A stretch of 64,000 nt of DNA from Candidatus Altimarinota bacterium (lineage in GTDB: Bacteria > Patescibacteriota > Gracilibacteria > CAIRYL01): positions 224,001-288,000 of the forward strand of contig OZ252287.1 in NCBI GenBank assembly GCA_965250085.1, given 5' to 3'. Shown here one piece after another: positions 28,271-38,353 of this stretch. The position numbers and the translations under genes are program-made. Within the stretch, counting starts at the first letter, position 1. Every line of letters begins with the position of its first letter. The notes below the pieces were generated by a model. That model made no database searches. It was not told where the DNA came from and saw nothing but the letters and a program-made list of their open reading frames with translations.

Positions 28271-28285
28271 TTTTTCTTCTTCTGT

Positions 28286-28735
28286 ATGCCAACTGCTCAA
28301 TCAAAAAGTACCAGTCCAAAAAAACCTTCTGTTAAAAAAGAGAGTTCTCGAACATATTTTTACGCTGTTGGAAAACGAAAAACTTCTATAGCGAAGGTGA
28401 AGCTTTATCCTAAGGGCAGTGGCTCTGTTTTGATTAATGAAAAGAAAGCAGAGGAGTATTTTTCTGGAACCTCTTTGGAAAAAATCCTTCTTCCTTTTAG
28501 TATTTTGGGTGATAAGAAAGGATATGACGTAGAAGCCAGTGTGCTTGGCGGAGGAAAAATGGGTCAATCAGATGCAGTATGCCATGGTATTTCAAGGGCA
28601 TTGACGATTTGTGATGATGGACTGAGGATTGTTTTAAAAAGAGCTGGACTGCTCACTCGTGATTCTCGTACGAAAGAACGAAAGAAGTATGGCCTCAAAA
28701 AGGCACGAAGGTCGCCACAATGGTCTAAGAGATAG
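28286..28735 (+). CDS. rpsI: 30S ribosomal protein S9
   Basis: AVGKRKTSIA, LTRDSRTKERKKYGLKKARRSPQWSKR. Confidence 0.98.
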   Translation: MPTAQSKSTSPKKPSVKKESSRTYFYAVGKRKTSIAKVKLYPKGSGSVLINEKKAEEYFSGTSLEKILLPFSILGDKKGYDVEASVLGGGKMGQSDAVCHGISRALTICDDGLRIVLKRAGLLTRDSRTKERKKYGLKKARRSPQWSKR

Positions 28736-28847
28736 AGCTTTCTCTCGTGTTTTAATTTAATGGTCTCCTTCTTTAAAAAAGTTACGATGAAATCTCAAGT
28801 ACTTTTGCTATTACGTTTGGTAATATATCCAGAAAAAATTTCTCTTC

Positions 28848-30725
28848 ATGCCAAAAAAAAAGAAAAAGAAGGCGTTTTATCGATGGAGAAAAAAGTATAA
28901 AAAGCTTCGTCACAGCTGGAAAAAATATTTCTCCTGGTCACGATGGAAATGGTGGATGGGAGCCCTTGTATTGATAATATTTCTGACCAAGACATTTTTT
29001 GCGTTTCATTCCTTCCAAAAAGAACTTTCTGACATTCAGACTCTTCAAGAAATAGAGCTCAATGATGTCTTGCAACTCAAAACTGCTCTGCGGCAAGAGT
29101 GCGATTCCGCAAATACCCTCAGAAACTATCTCCTCCTTCCTCCCAAAGATTGTGTGTTTCTGGACGAGAATGAAGGAGAAGACAGCACAACAGAGACGGC
29201 AGAAGATGCTCTGTATTTTTATGTCACCCTGCTCAAAACAAAGCAGGAGAATCAATCCTTGCACGAGGACTTCAAAGCCTTTGTGGAGAATTGGAACGGA
29301 GTAAATATCTCTGCGGAATCACAAAGCCCCTTTGAAATATCTCTGAACACCGCCAGTGGTGGTTCTGATGAATTTTTGGAGCTGACATTTGCGCACAAGG
29401 ATGAAGACCTCGCTCATATCACTGCTTCTCATCTGGAGCATCGATACGAAGTGGAGTTTGGTGACGAAAAACAAATATTTGGAGATATGGAAGAAGTAAA
29501 AAAATTCCTGGATTCTTTGTTCCAAAAAGCCCAACAAGCATCTGAAAAACCTCAAAATGACTCTCCTCCTTCTCCGGAACAAAATCCGCCCCCCATTTCT
29601 GCCACAGACACATCTTCGACTCAAATTCAGGTCTCCCCTCCCCCACCATCAGAACATGGAGAATCTCTTGCAAATATCACTCAAAACAAAACATTCCAGA
29701 AATATCTCACCGCTCTGGGATTTACGGCAGAGGAAATCCCAGATGAAAACGGTGGTTCAGTACGTATTGCCCTCAAACAAGGAGGACAAGTGGTGCGATA
29801 CATCTCTCAAGAAAGTGAAACGGGTGAACTGCTCGGTTCACTTCCCGATGGTTCTGCTCCCGTCAAACTGCAAGGGCTCAAAAGCCTGATAGCAGAGAAC
29901 AAGCGACTTAAAGAAGAAGCGGTGGATATTTCTGAATTTCAAAAAATACAATTTGGAAATCCTGTGGGAAGAGAAAACTATCTTCTTTTGGGACACAATG
30001 GAGGCAATATTGATACCATCATTCTGGCGAATATAGATCATGCCAAAAAGCGAGTGACGCTCATCAGTATTCCCCGAGACTTGCTCGTGGGAGAAAATAA
30101 GATCAATGCTCTGTATGCAAAATATGGAATGCACGCATTTGTTTCACAGATCCAGTCCATTACTGGGCAAAAGATCTCATACTATGGCTTGATTGATTTT
30201 TGGATTTTTATGGACGGCATTGATGCCCTGGGAGGCATCAGTCTCTATCTTCCACGAGCTATTGCCGATCCTACCTATAAGACATTTGATAACGAAGAAT
30301 GGGGCACCATGTTCTTTGAAAAAGGAACGCATCATCTCTCTGGAGTCCAGGCACTCAGACTCGCCAGAAGCCGCGCAACCTCGAGTGATTTTGAACGCGC
30401 ACGCAGACAACATCAGATCCTCTCCGCCGCTCATCAAAAAGCCAAAGGACTCAGTCTGCGTGATGCCAATACTTTGATCAATATTATTCGTGGAGTCCTC
30501 AAACGAGTGGAGACAAATATGTCTGCTCGCATAGCTATTGCACAATTTTTTAAGCTCAAAGATTATGAAATCCGATCAGGAAATGTCATGAGCACCTCGA
30601 ATATACTCGTTTCTGAGCAAAGAGAAACCGCTTACAATGGAGCAAAGCAATATATTTTGATCCCAAGAGATGATGACTGGGGATTGATTAAGAAGTATAT
30701 TTGGGGAGAAATTTTGAAGGACTAA
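28848..30725 (+). CDS. LytR-CpsA-Psr (LCP) family protein with a long extracellular N-terminal extension
   Basis: TM helix and Pro-rich linker, then NYLLLG..DTIIL, ISIPRDL, KINALY, LSGVQALRLARSR..SDFERARRQ. Confidence 0.9.
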   Translation: MPKKKKKKAFYRWRKKYKKLRHSWKKYFSWSRWKWWMGALVLIIFLTKTFFAFHSFQKELSDIQTLQEIELNDVLQLKTALRQECDSANTLRNYLLLPPKDCVFLDENEGEDSTTETAEDALYFYVTLLKTKQENQSLHEDFKAFVENWNGVNISAESQSPFEISLNTASGGSDEFLELTFAHKDEDLAHITASHLEHRYEVEFGDEKQIFGDMEEVKKFLDSLFQKAQQASEKPQNDSPPSPEQNPPPISATDTSSTQIQVSPPPPSEHGESLANITQNKTFQKYLTALGFTAEEIPDENGGSVRIALKQGGQVVRYISQESETGELLGSLPDGSAPVKLQGLKSLIAENKRLKEEAVDISEFQKIQFGNPVGRENYLLLGHNGGNIDTIILANIDHAKKRVTLISIPRDLLVGENKINALYAKYGMHAFVSQIQSITGQKISYYGLIDFWIFMDGIDALGGISLYLPRAIADPTYKTFDNEEWGTMFFEKGTHHLSGVQALRLARSRATSSDFERARRQHQILSAAHQKAKGLSLRDANTLINIIRGVLKRVETNMSARIAIAQFFKLKDYEIRSGNVMSTSNILVSEQRETAYNGAKQYILIPRDDDWGLIKKYIWGEILKD

Positions 30726-30774
30726 GCATCGAAAGGAATAATTTGTTTGTATAAAATATATTTTTCACTTTGAA

Positions 30775-30878
30775 AATTTTTAATTTATAATTCTTAATTT
30801 TTAAATAAATTCTAATTTTATAATTTTTAAAAATTGGAATTTAAAAAATTATTCACAAAAATTAAAAATTAAAAAATT
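30775..30878. repeat. AT-rich heptamer array with an inverted second half
   Basis: (AATTTTT/AATTTAT/AATTCTT)n-AAATAAAT...(AAAAATT)n; related to 1584-1629. Confidence 0.6.
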
Positions 30879-30891
30879 GCACATCTCAGCC

Positions 30892-31491
30892 ATGGATTCT
30901 CTCGACACACATTACCACCAGCTTGGCTTTGAATTGATCTGCGGTATTGATGAAGCCGGTCGAGGCCCTTTGGCAGGTCCTGTATATTGCGGTGCGGTGA
31001 TCCTTCCTCAAAATCATGGTATTGCCGACCTTGATGATTCCAAACTCCTCTCAGAAAAGGTACGCGAAGAGCTTTTTGAACAAATTATTTATACAGCTGT
31101 TTCGTACGGAGTAGTGGCTATATCCCCTCTTCAGATTGATAAAATAAATATTCTGAAAGCCACGAAGCGTGGCATGCAGAAAGCCGTGAAGAAACTCCAG
31201 ACTTCACCTGATATTCTGCTTCTGGATGCAGTGAATATCAATTTTCCGGAAATTCCTCAGGTAAATCTGATAAAAGGTGACAATAGAAGCGAATCCATTG
31301 CCGCCGCCTCTATTCTCGCCAAAGTAAGCCGCGATCGGTATATGCACAAGATGCATATGAAGTATCCACACTATAATTTTGCGAGGAATAAAGGCTATGG
31401 CACCAAAGAGCATCTCGAGGCTCTTAAAAAACATGGACCTTGTCCCATTCATCGAACTTCTTTTGCTCCTGTCAAAGATCTCAGTATATGA
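30892..31491 (+). CDS. rnhB: Ribonuclease HII
   Basis: GIDEAGRGPLAGPV, DDSKLL, IKGD..SESIAAASILAKVSRD, NKGYGT, HRTSF. Confidence 0.97.
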   Translation: MDSLDTHYHQLGFELICGIDEAGRGPLAGPVYCGAVILPQNHGIADLDDSKLLSEKVREELFEQIIYTAVSYGVVAISPLQIDKINILKATKRGMQKAVKKLQTSPDILLLDAVNINFPEIPQVNLIKGDNRSESIAAASILAKVSRDRYMHKMHMKYPHYNFARNKGYGTKEHLEALKKHGPCPIHRTSFAPVKDLSI

Positions 31492-31606
31492 AAAATCAAA
31501 TAGCACATGTGCTATTTGATTTTTTTTACATACCAAACTCACAAAAAAATATATATACTCCTCCCAAGCCAAATGGTGAAATACATCTCCTTTTTAAGGT
31601 CGTATA

Positions 31607-32461
31607 ATGGCACGATGGGACAGAATTAAAAGCAGAGGCCACGTTGAGGATCGTCGAGGAATGGGTCCCGCTATGGTTGGAGGGATTGGAGCCGCTGGGA
31701 TTCTCCTCTTTTTGGCTGTTAGCCTTTTTGGTGGAGGAGAGCAGGCGATGGAGATCATGGAGCAGTTTCAGGAATTTCAGTATCAAACGCCGCAGCAAAC
31801 AGGTGGTGAAGACATCTTTTCCGGAAAGGATGAGTACGAAGTATTCGCATCCACTGTTCTGGGATCGAATAATGATCTCTGGGAGCAGATATTTTCTGCC
31901 AATAATCTGCAGTATCAGGAGCCCACTATGGTGCTGTTTCGCGGAGCAACAAACTCCTCGTGTGGGGCCGCTACTTCTCAAGTAGGACCTCACTACTGTC
32001 CTCTGGACAATACTATTTATGTGGACGAAACTTTTTTTGATGAACTGCAGAGTCGTTTTGGAGCCGCTGGAGGAGATGTGGCGGAAGCCTATGTGATGTC
32101 TCATGAGGTGGGACATCATGTGCAAAATCTCTTGGGCATCAGCAATGATGTCCGACAGGCACAACAAAGATATCGTTCCAGTGCCAATGAACTCTCGGTA
32201 CAACTGGAACTCCAGGCCGATTGCTTTGCTGGTATGTGGGTCTATTCTATTGGCGGGCAAGGTGTACTGGAGCGAGGCGAAATCTTGGAAGCAATTGATG
32301 CTGCTGAGGCCGTGGGAGATGATCGCATTCAAGAAAAAACTATTGGCAGAACTCATCCTGAATCATGGACTCATGGTTCATCAGAAGATCGGAAAAAATG
32401 GTTTCTCATGGGATATGAACACGGGTCATTTAATAGGTGTAATACATTTGATCAGAGATAA
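31607..32461 (+). CDS. YpfJ-family neutral zinc metallopeptidase
   Basis: VEDRRG, GPHYCPLD, YVMSHEVGHHVQ (HExxH), ELQADCFAG, ESWTHGSS. Confidence 0.95.
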   Translation: MARWDRIKSRGHVEDRRGMGPAMVGGIGAAGILLFLAVSLFGGGEQAMEIMEQFQEFQYQTPQQTGGEDIFSGKDEYEVFASTVLGSNNDLWEQIFSANNLQYQEPTMVLFRGATNSSCGAATSQVGPHYCPLDNTIYVDETFFDELQSRFGAAGGDVAEAYVMSHEVGHHVQNLLGISNDVRQAQQRYRSSANELSVQLELQADCFAGMWVYSIGGQGVLERGEILEAIDAAEAVGDDRIQEKTIGRTHPESWTHGSSEDRKKWFLMGYEHGSFNRCNTFDQR

Positions 32462-32580
32462 ATTGAAGTTATTTTTGAACACTTCATAATATTACAAATA
32501 TTGCCTCAGTACGCATTTAGAACGCGTGCAATTCTCAAAAAAACTGGTATACTTTTTCCGTTTTTTAAAAAAATTATGCT

Positions 32581-34467
32581 ATGAAAAAAAATCTCAACCT
32601 CTCCCTCCTCTGCGTTTTTTTGCTGAGTGGTGTTTTTGGAGTAGCAAAATATGTTGTTGCTTTCACCGATGTAGATGATTCACATCCATATAGTGAGGCT
32701 ATTCTTGACTTTAAAGATGAGGGAAAAATTCAAGGGTATGAAGATGGAACATTTCGACCCGATACTACTATTGCCCGAGGTGAGTTTCTCAAGGTTTTAT
32801 TTGAAGCGAATCCAAGTTTGGAAGCTGAAGAAAATACAAACTGTTTTCCGGATGTGAAGGATGAATGGTTTGCGAAGTATGTGTGTACGGCAAAAGAAAT
32901 GGGAATTGTGAATGGCGGCGGTGATGGACTGTTTCATCCTGAGGACGAGATTATTTTTGCTGAAGCGGCGAAGATTATTTTAGCCTTCCAGTATGATTAT
33001 TTTTCCAAAGACAGTTTACAGGATGATCCATGGTATAAAGATTACTTAAGTAACCTCAGTGGAAGGAAGGTTGTACCCCCTAGCATTAGAGATGCTCACC
33101 ATAAAGTTACTAGGGGCGAAATGGTAGAAATAATCTGGAGAAAAGATAATTATGACCGCTTTAGAAAATCTAGCCTTTTTGTTCTTTGGAATGATGCCAC
33201 ATATACTTTAATGATTGACCTTGGTAATCCATATCACTGGAAAGATGGAATTGTGCGATATTACTCAATTGATATGCCAGAAGCTGATTTAGATTCCTTC
33301 ATTTATCTGGGAGAAGGTTATGCTCGGGATAAAAACTATGTGTATTATCGAGGTGAGACATTTGAACTGCCTGGGGTAGAGATGGATTCATTTGAAGTGC
33401 TGGGCAACCATTATTTCAGAGATGCCGATACAGTCTACTATAAAGACAAAAAAACACTTATAAATCCCACAACTGTTGAAGTGTTCAAATCGAATCTACC
33501 AAATGCAAGTCTGTTATGTTCATTGTGTCCATTTGCACGTGATAAAGAGAGTTTGTATTTTGCAGGTAAATTTATTCCGATTGATCTAGTTTCTTTTGAG
33601 TTTCTGGAATATAAGTATATAAGAGATAAAAATGGCGTGTACTATCAAAAATTTGACCATGAAGACAATATAACCATTGAAAAAATTGAAACTGCAGATA
33701 TAAATACATTTCAGCTTCTGAACGCTGGATATGCAAAAGGTAAAGACGCTGTATATTATTACGGGGAAGAATTAACGGATGCAGATTCTGATACCTTCAT
33801 TGTTTTTTCATGGTCTCACGGAAAAGATGCGAATGCTGTGTATTTTCAAGAACACAAAATTTCTGAAGATGTAGACTTCTTTAAACTTATAGGAATAGGG
33901 CAGGATAGTTTCTCAAAAGATTCACAATTTGTATACTATGGGGCAAATATTATTTCTGACGCAGATCCAGAAACATTTGAATTGATCGAGATCGAAGGAA
34001 TCTCTCCTCAACTGTACACAAAAGATAAGAATCATGTTTACTTTCTATCTGGCTATGATGAACGGCAAGGAGATATCGGAACTATCACTATACTTCCGGA
34101 ATTAGATTCAGAAACATTTGAAGTGTTAGGTCATGGGTATACGAAAGATACGAACGCTGTATATTACATTAACGAGAGAATTATTGGCGTAGATTCAGAA
34201 ACATTTGAAGTGTTGGGTTATGGGTATACGAAAGATACGAACGCTGTATATTACACTAACGAGAGAATTATTGGCGTAGATTCAGAAACATTTGAAGTGT
34301 TGGGTTATGGGTACATAAAAGATGCAAATGCTGTGTATTACAATCTCTACACCAATGAAATTAAAGAAGTTATCGGTGCCGATCCCACAACATTTGAGCC
34401 TCTTGATTGGGAATTGGCGAAAGACAAAAATTATGAATATAAAAGAGGCGAAAGAATTTCTCAATAA
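32581..34467 (+). CDS. S-layer homology (SLH) protein with DKNYY-type repeats
   Basis: Signal peptide; FTDV...GYEDGTFRPDTTIARGE; CFPDVKDEWFAKYVCTAK; repeated YAKDKNxVYY...D.ETFEVL units. Confidence 0.9.
   Translation: MKKNLNLSLLCVFLLSGVFGVAKYVVAFTDVDDSHPYSEAILDFKDEGKIQGYEDGTFRPDTTIARGEFLKVLFEANPSLEAEENTNCFPDVKDEWFAKYVCTAKEMGIVNGGGDGLFHPEDEIIFAEAAKIILAFQYDYFSKDSLQDDPWYKDYLSNLSGRKVVPPSIRDAHHKVTRGEMVEIIWRKDNYDRFRKSSLFVLWNDATYTLMIDLGNPYHWKDGIVRYYSIDMPEADLDSFIYLGEGYARDKNYVYYRGETFELPGVEMDSFEVLGNHYFRDADTVYYKDKKTLINPTTVEVFKSNLPNASLLCSLCPFARDKESLYFAGKFIPIDLVSFEFLEYKYIRDKNGVYYQKFDHEDNITIEKIETADINTFQLLNAGYAKGKDAVYYYGEELTDADSDTFIVFSWSHGKDANAVYFQEHKISEDVDFFKLIGIGQDSFSKDSQFVYYGANIISDADPETFELIEIEGISPQLYTKDKNHVYFLSGYDERQGDIGTITILPELDSETFEVLGHGYTKDTNAVYYINERIIGVDSETFEVLGYGYTKDTNAVYYTNERIIGVDSETFEVLGYGYIKDANAVYYNLYTNEIKEVIGADPTTFEPLDWELAKDKNYEYKRGERISQ
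34103..34340 (+). repeat. 87-bp tandem repeat (about 2.7 units) within the DKNYY region
   Basis: TAGATTCAGAAACATTTGAAGTGTT at 34103, 34190 and 34277. Confidence 0.9.
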
Positions 34468-34506
34468 TGCAATCTACTTTTTTTTCTATCTATTTCTTCA
34501 TTTCCT

Positions 34507-37500
34507 ATGAAAAAAATTATCAACCTCTCCCTCCTCTGCGTTTTTTTGTTGGGAAATTCGCTCTCTGCTTCAGCACTCAGTGATATTGGCAACCATAGAT
34601 ACCAGAGAGCCATCAGTCATATGGCAAATGAAGGAATTATCAATGGATATCCAGATGATACATTTCAGCCGGAAAAAACGGTCAACCGTGCGGAAATGGT
34701 AAAAATCATGGTGGGAGCCAAAGGTGTCACCCCTGCTGTTTCAGAATATCATGATTGCTTTCCCGATGTGCGCAGAGAGTGGTTTGCTCCCTACATCTGT
34801 TATGCAAAAGCTCAAGGATGGATCATAGGATATTACGATGCAACATTTCGTCCGGACCAAACCATAAATTTTGCAGAGGCTTCCAAGATTTTTTCCGAGG
34901 TATTTGAGCTTCCCGATGTTTCGTATACGACACACACTTCAGAAGCATGGTACATCTCTTATGTTCTTCGACTCATAGAGCAAAATGCTGTCCCGCCCAC
35001 TATACAAGGTTTCCAGGGTTCTCTTCGCAGAGGAGAAACGGCAGAAACCATGTATCGACTCATGGAGAACATACTCTCTTCAGATTCTCTGAGTTATTCA
35101 GATTTGGAGATACGATCTGGTATAGGGCTCGAATACCTCAGACTTCAGGAACTCTTGCAAGAAACGCAACAGCTTTCTCAAGAACACAGTTCTCGAAATC
35201 CTATTTTACAAACCCAGGAAACCATGCTCCTTCATAAACTTGGTATGCTCGAATCACGATATTCCAGAACACTTGCGGATAATGGTCTTTCTGTAGAGCT
35301 CTCAGGAGGATTTTCATCCGATTCACGCGGTTTTAGTGATATGCGACTCCTGACCGGTGAGCGAGCGATTGATGAGAGCTTGCAGTTGGGGTCTATTGGA
35401 TCAGATAGGTCTGACGGAAGTGATCAAACATCTGCAGATATTCCGATTTCAGATATTACCTCGGTATCAATCCCCTCTCATCCTTGGGATGAAATGTTGC
35501 AGGGAAAAACATTCTCCGTTCCTGCCATTGCAAAGCTCGCACCAAAAGACATGCTGTTTGTGCATATACAAAATGCTCAAGATTTCCTGGAGCTGGAAGA
35601 TACCATGATCTCTCTTTCCAAAGCATTTGGAGATCTGTACACCTTTGGACACATGGCTGAGCTGCGGCCAAAGATGCTACGGCGGCTGGGAATACCAAAT
35701 ATGGATACATTTGTGAGTCAGATAGATGAAGGAGGGTTTGTCAGTGCCGATCTTTCTTTTACGCCCCGCACCGACTATGCCTTGATATTAAAATTCAAAA
35801 GTACAACCGCTCAATCAGCATTTACAGCACTCTTGGGAAGTAGCACTCTTTCTGAAACCATTCAGGGATACACCGTCGTTGCTACCAATGCATCAGTGCT
35901 GGAAGAAATACAAAATGCAACCAAGAGCACCTCACTTTCCCTCTCTACGCAAAAAGATTTTCACTTTGCCCTTTCCTCGGTTGAGCCTAATAGAGATGGC
36001 ATGGTGTATCTTTCTGATGCATTTATCCGCAAACTCACTGGACCCGAATATCGCATCAATGCCCGACGGAGAAATACTGCTCTGAGCACTCTGAAGATGC
36101 TTCAATATGCTTCCTTTGCCTATCATCGCATTACCGGATCATGGCCAGATTCATTAGAGCACATGCGGAATGAACGATATATATCTCTGGATACCGTTTC
36201 TGAAGTTGCCAAGTACTCTGTTGATGCTCAGGGCAGAGTGCATCACTTGGATTGGGGAACTGTTTGGGAGGTCACGCCTGTGGGTCAGGTAGAGATTCCT
36301 ACTGTCTCAGAAACGGAAAAAGATCTTTATGAGCGATTTTTGAATGAATATCAGGGATACTTTCAGGAATTCTTTGATCCCGTTGTCATTGCCTTTGATA
36401 TTGACGAAGAGATTACCTTTCATACCGTTATCCTTCCGCTTATCGAAAATAGTCAGTACAACTGGCTCAAAATATTTACCGGGGGCATGACTTCCGAGCT
36501 TTCATTTATCAGTGACCCAGATAGAGCAGGAGATGTGTATTTTGCCTCCCACTTTGCCATTGATGATCTGCTGGCAGAATTGGGAGAACAATTTCTCTTT
36601 TCCCAGCCTAAAGAGGACAGCACACTTTCGGAGGAAGAATTTATTGAAATAGTGGAACAGGAAATCGCTGAGGAATTTGATATTGATCTTCAGCCCGGAG
36701 AACGGCTTCTGGACTTTATAGGAGATGAGATTTTGGTGGGAATCAATGCCGAGAGTTTTCAATCTAATGATGCAGAAAATATCGATGCATGGCTGGGGAT
36801 CAAAGTAACGGATCAGGAAAAAGCGCACATGTTTTTTGGGAAAATTCACGAGACTTTGTCTTCATCTCCTCAAAGCTCACAAGATGCTGTGCGAATATCT
36901 GACATCTCTACCCTACGCCTCGCTACTCAAATCTACTATGCCGATACTGCCACATATCCCGCAGATTTCTCCCCACTGGAAGGAGCATATATTGCCTCCA
37001 TACCCACTGATCCCGAAACAAATGAGCCGTATCTCTATGAGCTTCCTTCTGCTGACTGCTTCCGCATTACAACCCACCTGACCGCTCAAAACAATGCACA
37101 GCGGATGAAGGACGATGGAGGAGTGGATCCCAATCTGTATGAAGTGGGAACTCTTACGGACACCTGCAATCCCCTCTTTTCTGTTACCGATCCGGCGCAA
37201 TATGAGGCAGAAGCTCCTACTCCGCCTGAAATCCCAAAAAACGAATACAAAGGCACAGAATACTTTGTCCTCTCCTTCTACGAAGATGTGTACTATACAT
37301 TTTTAGACGACACGCTCTATATGACCCTCTCCAAACAAGCTCTTTTGAAAGTTATTGATGGATATCTGTCCCCCGAAAGCTCTTTCTCCGCCCATGTGCA
37401 AACACATATAGATAATATTGGATCTGGGCAGAGTATTGCTTTTCTTTTTGATTTGATAGCTCTTTCCAATACTCGATCAAGTTCGGGAGAATATATATTC

Positions 37501-37902
37501 GCTCCCAGCAAATGGAAATCTTTTCGTGATATTGAAAATAAAACAACATACCTGAGTGAAGCACTGACCCTTGCGGAAAATCTGCCCAATTTTGATGGAA
37601 CCCTCTCCAATAGCACCTCATATTATCGCTATGCTCCCAAAACTGTCTTTGGTGCAGAATTTGCAGTGCGCGATGGCAACATATTCCTCAGTGGCAATGG
37701 ACAAGAAGTAAATCTTTCCTCTTTAGGAATATCATTTTTTAGTGAAGAAGCAGATCTGATATATGAGACGATACTAGATCTTGAAAGCATTTCTGAGAAT
37801 ATGAAGGCTCAGTTGCAGGCTCTCAAAGGATTTGCTGTTGGACTTATGTTCACAGAAGAAGGAGTAGATATCAAAATATCTTTTGGAAGCCCAAAACAGT
37901 AA
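34507..37902 (+). CDS. Large SLH-domain surface protein with an internal pilin/pseudopilin-like segment
   Basis: Signal peptide; GYPDDTFQPEKTVNRAE; CFPDVRREWFAPYICYAK; internal QDAVRISDI...IYYADTATYP...YIASIPTDP...YLY. Confidence 0.85.
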   Translation: MKKIINLSLLCVFLLGNSLSASALSDIGNHRYQRAISHMANEGIINGYPDDTFQPEKTVNRAEMVKIMVGAKGVTPAVSEYHDCFPDVRREWFAPYICYAKAQGWIIGYYDATFRPDQTINFAEASKIFSEVFELPDVSYTTHTSEAWYISYVLRLIEQNAVPPTIQGFQGSLRRGETAETMYRLMENILSSDSLSYSDLEIRSGIGLEYLRLQELLQETQQLSQEHSSRNPILQTQETMLLHKLGMLESRYSRTLADNGLSVELSGGFSSDSRGFSDMRLLTGERAIDESLQLGSIGSDRSDGSDQTSADIPISDITSVSIPSHPWDEMLQGKTFSVPAIAKLAPKDMLFVHIQNAQDFLELEDTMISLSKAFGDLYTFGHMAELRPKMLRRLGIPNMDTFVSQIDEGGFVSADLSFTPRTDYALILKFKSTTAQSAFTALLGSSTLSETIQGYTVVATNASVLEEIQNATKSTSLSLSTQKDFHFALSSVEPNRDGMVYLSDAFIRKLTGPEYRINARRRNTALSTLKMLQYASFAYHRITGSWPDSLEHMRNERYISLDTVSEVAKYSVDAQGRVHHLDWGTVWEVTPVGQVEIPTVSETEKDLYERFLNEYQGYFQEFFDPVVIAFDIDEEITFHTVILPLIENSQYNWLKIFTGGMTSELSFISDPDRAGDVYFASHFAIDDLLAELGEQFLFSQPKEDSTLSEEEFIEIVEQEIAEEFDIDLQPGERLLDFIGDEILVGINAESFQSNDAENIDAWLGIKVTDQEKAHMFFGKIHETLSSSPQSSQDAVRISDISTLRLATQIYYADTATYPADFSPLEGAYIASIPTDPETNEPYLYELPSADCFRITTHLTAQNNAQRMKDDGGVDPNLYEVGTLTDTCNPLFSVTDPAQYEAEAPTPPEIPKNEYKGTEYFVLSFYEDVYYTFLDDTLYMTLSKQALLKVIDGYLSPESSFSAHVQTHIDNIGSGQSIAFLFDLIALSNTRSSSGEYIFAPSKWKSFRDIENKTTYLSEALTLAENLPNFDGTLSNSTSYYRYAPKTVFGAEFAVRDGNIFLSGNGQEVNLSSLGISFFSEEADLIYETILDLESISENMKAQLQALKGFAVGLMFTEEGVDIKISFGSPKQ

Positions 37903-37944
37903 TTTGAGAAACATTATATCAACAAAAAAGACTTTCCAAAATTC

Positions 37945-37973
37945 TTGATTTCTCTATACGAAATCGATACTAT
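37945..37973 (+). promoter_or_regulatory. Sigma70-type promoter upstream of the tRNA-Gly pseudocopy, GIY-YIG gene and tRNA-Gly
   Basis: TTGATT-17 nt-TACTAT, 15 nt before the first tRNA-like sequence. Confidence 0.6.
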
Positions 37974-37988
37974 TTCCAGCGCTTTTGA

Positions 37989-38055
37989 GCGAGTATAGTA
38001 CAGTGGCTAGTACACGACCTTGTCCCGCACTGCGGGATTGAGACATGGGTTTGAT
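37989..38055 (+). pseudogene. Degenerate tRNA-Gly copy with the anticodon region replaced by a palindrome
   Basis: First 34 nt identical to the tRNA at 38354; CCATGG replaced by TCCCGCACTGCGGGA; then TTGAGACATGGGTTTGAT; no 3' acceptor strand. Confidence 0.9.
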
Positions 38056-38074
38056 GATTTGTTTCTAGTTTAAT

Positions 38075-38350
38075 ATGAGTTATTCGGTATACATACTCCA
38101 GAGCAAGACAATCGGAAGAAGATATATAGGATATACTGAGGATGTAGAGAAGCGATTAGAACAACACAATTTAGGACTCAATACTTCAACCAGAAATTAC
38201 GGACCATGGAAAATAATCTATTTAGAAAAAGGATTTGAAACAAGGCAGAAAGCACTAAAAAGAGAAAAAGAAATCAAAAAGATGAAAGGTGGTATTCAAT
38301 TAAAAGATCTTTTACATCAATACTCTTCGAAGATAAAAAACTCACGATGA
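38075..38350 (+). CDS. Stand-alone GIY-YIG nuclease (YhbQ/UPF0213-like)
   Basis: YSVYILQS..RRYIGYTEDVEKRLEQHN...T.NYGPW....E...ALKREKEIK. Confidence 0.93.
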   Translation: MSYSVYILQSKTIGRRYIGYTEDVEKRLEQHNLGLNTSTRNYGPWKIIYLEKGFETRQKALKREKEIKKMKGGIQLKDLLHQYSSKIKNSR

Positions 38351-38353
38351 TAT

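Noticed and set aside
31526-32356. 276-aa minus-strand ORF
   Set aside because: Antisense shadow of the YpfJ peptidase gene with no recognisable motifs.
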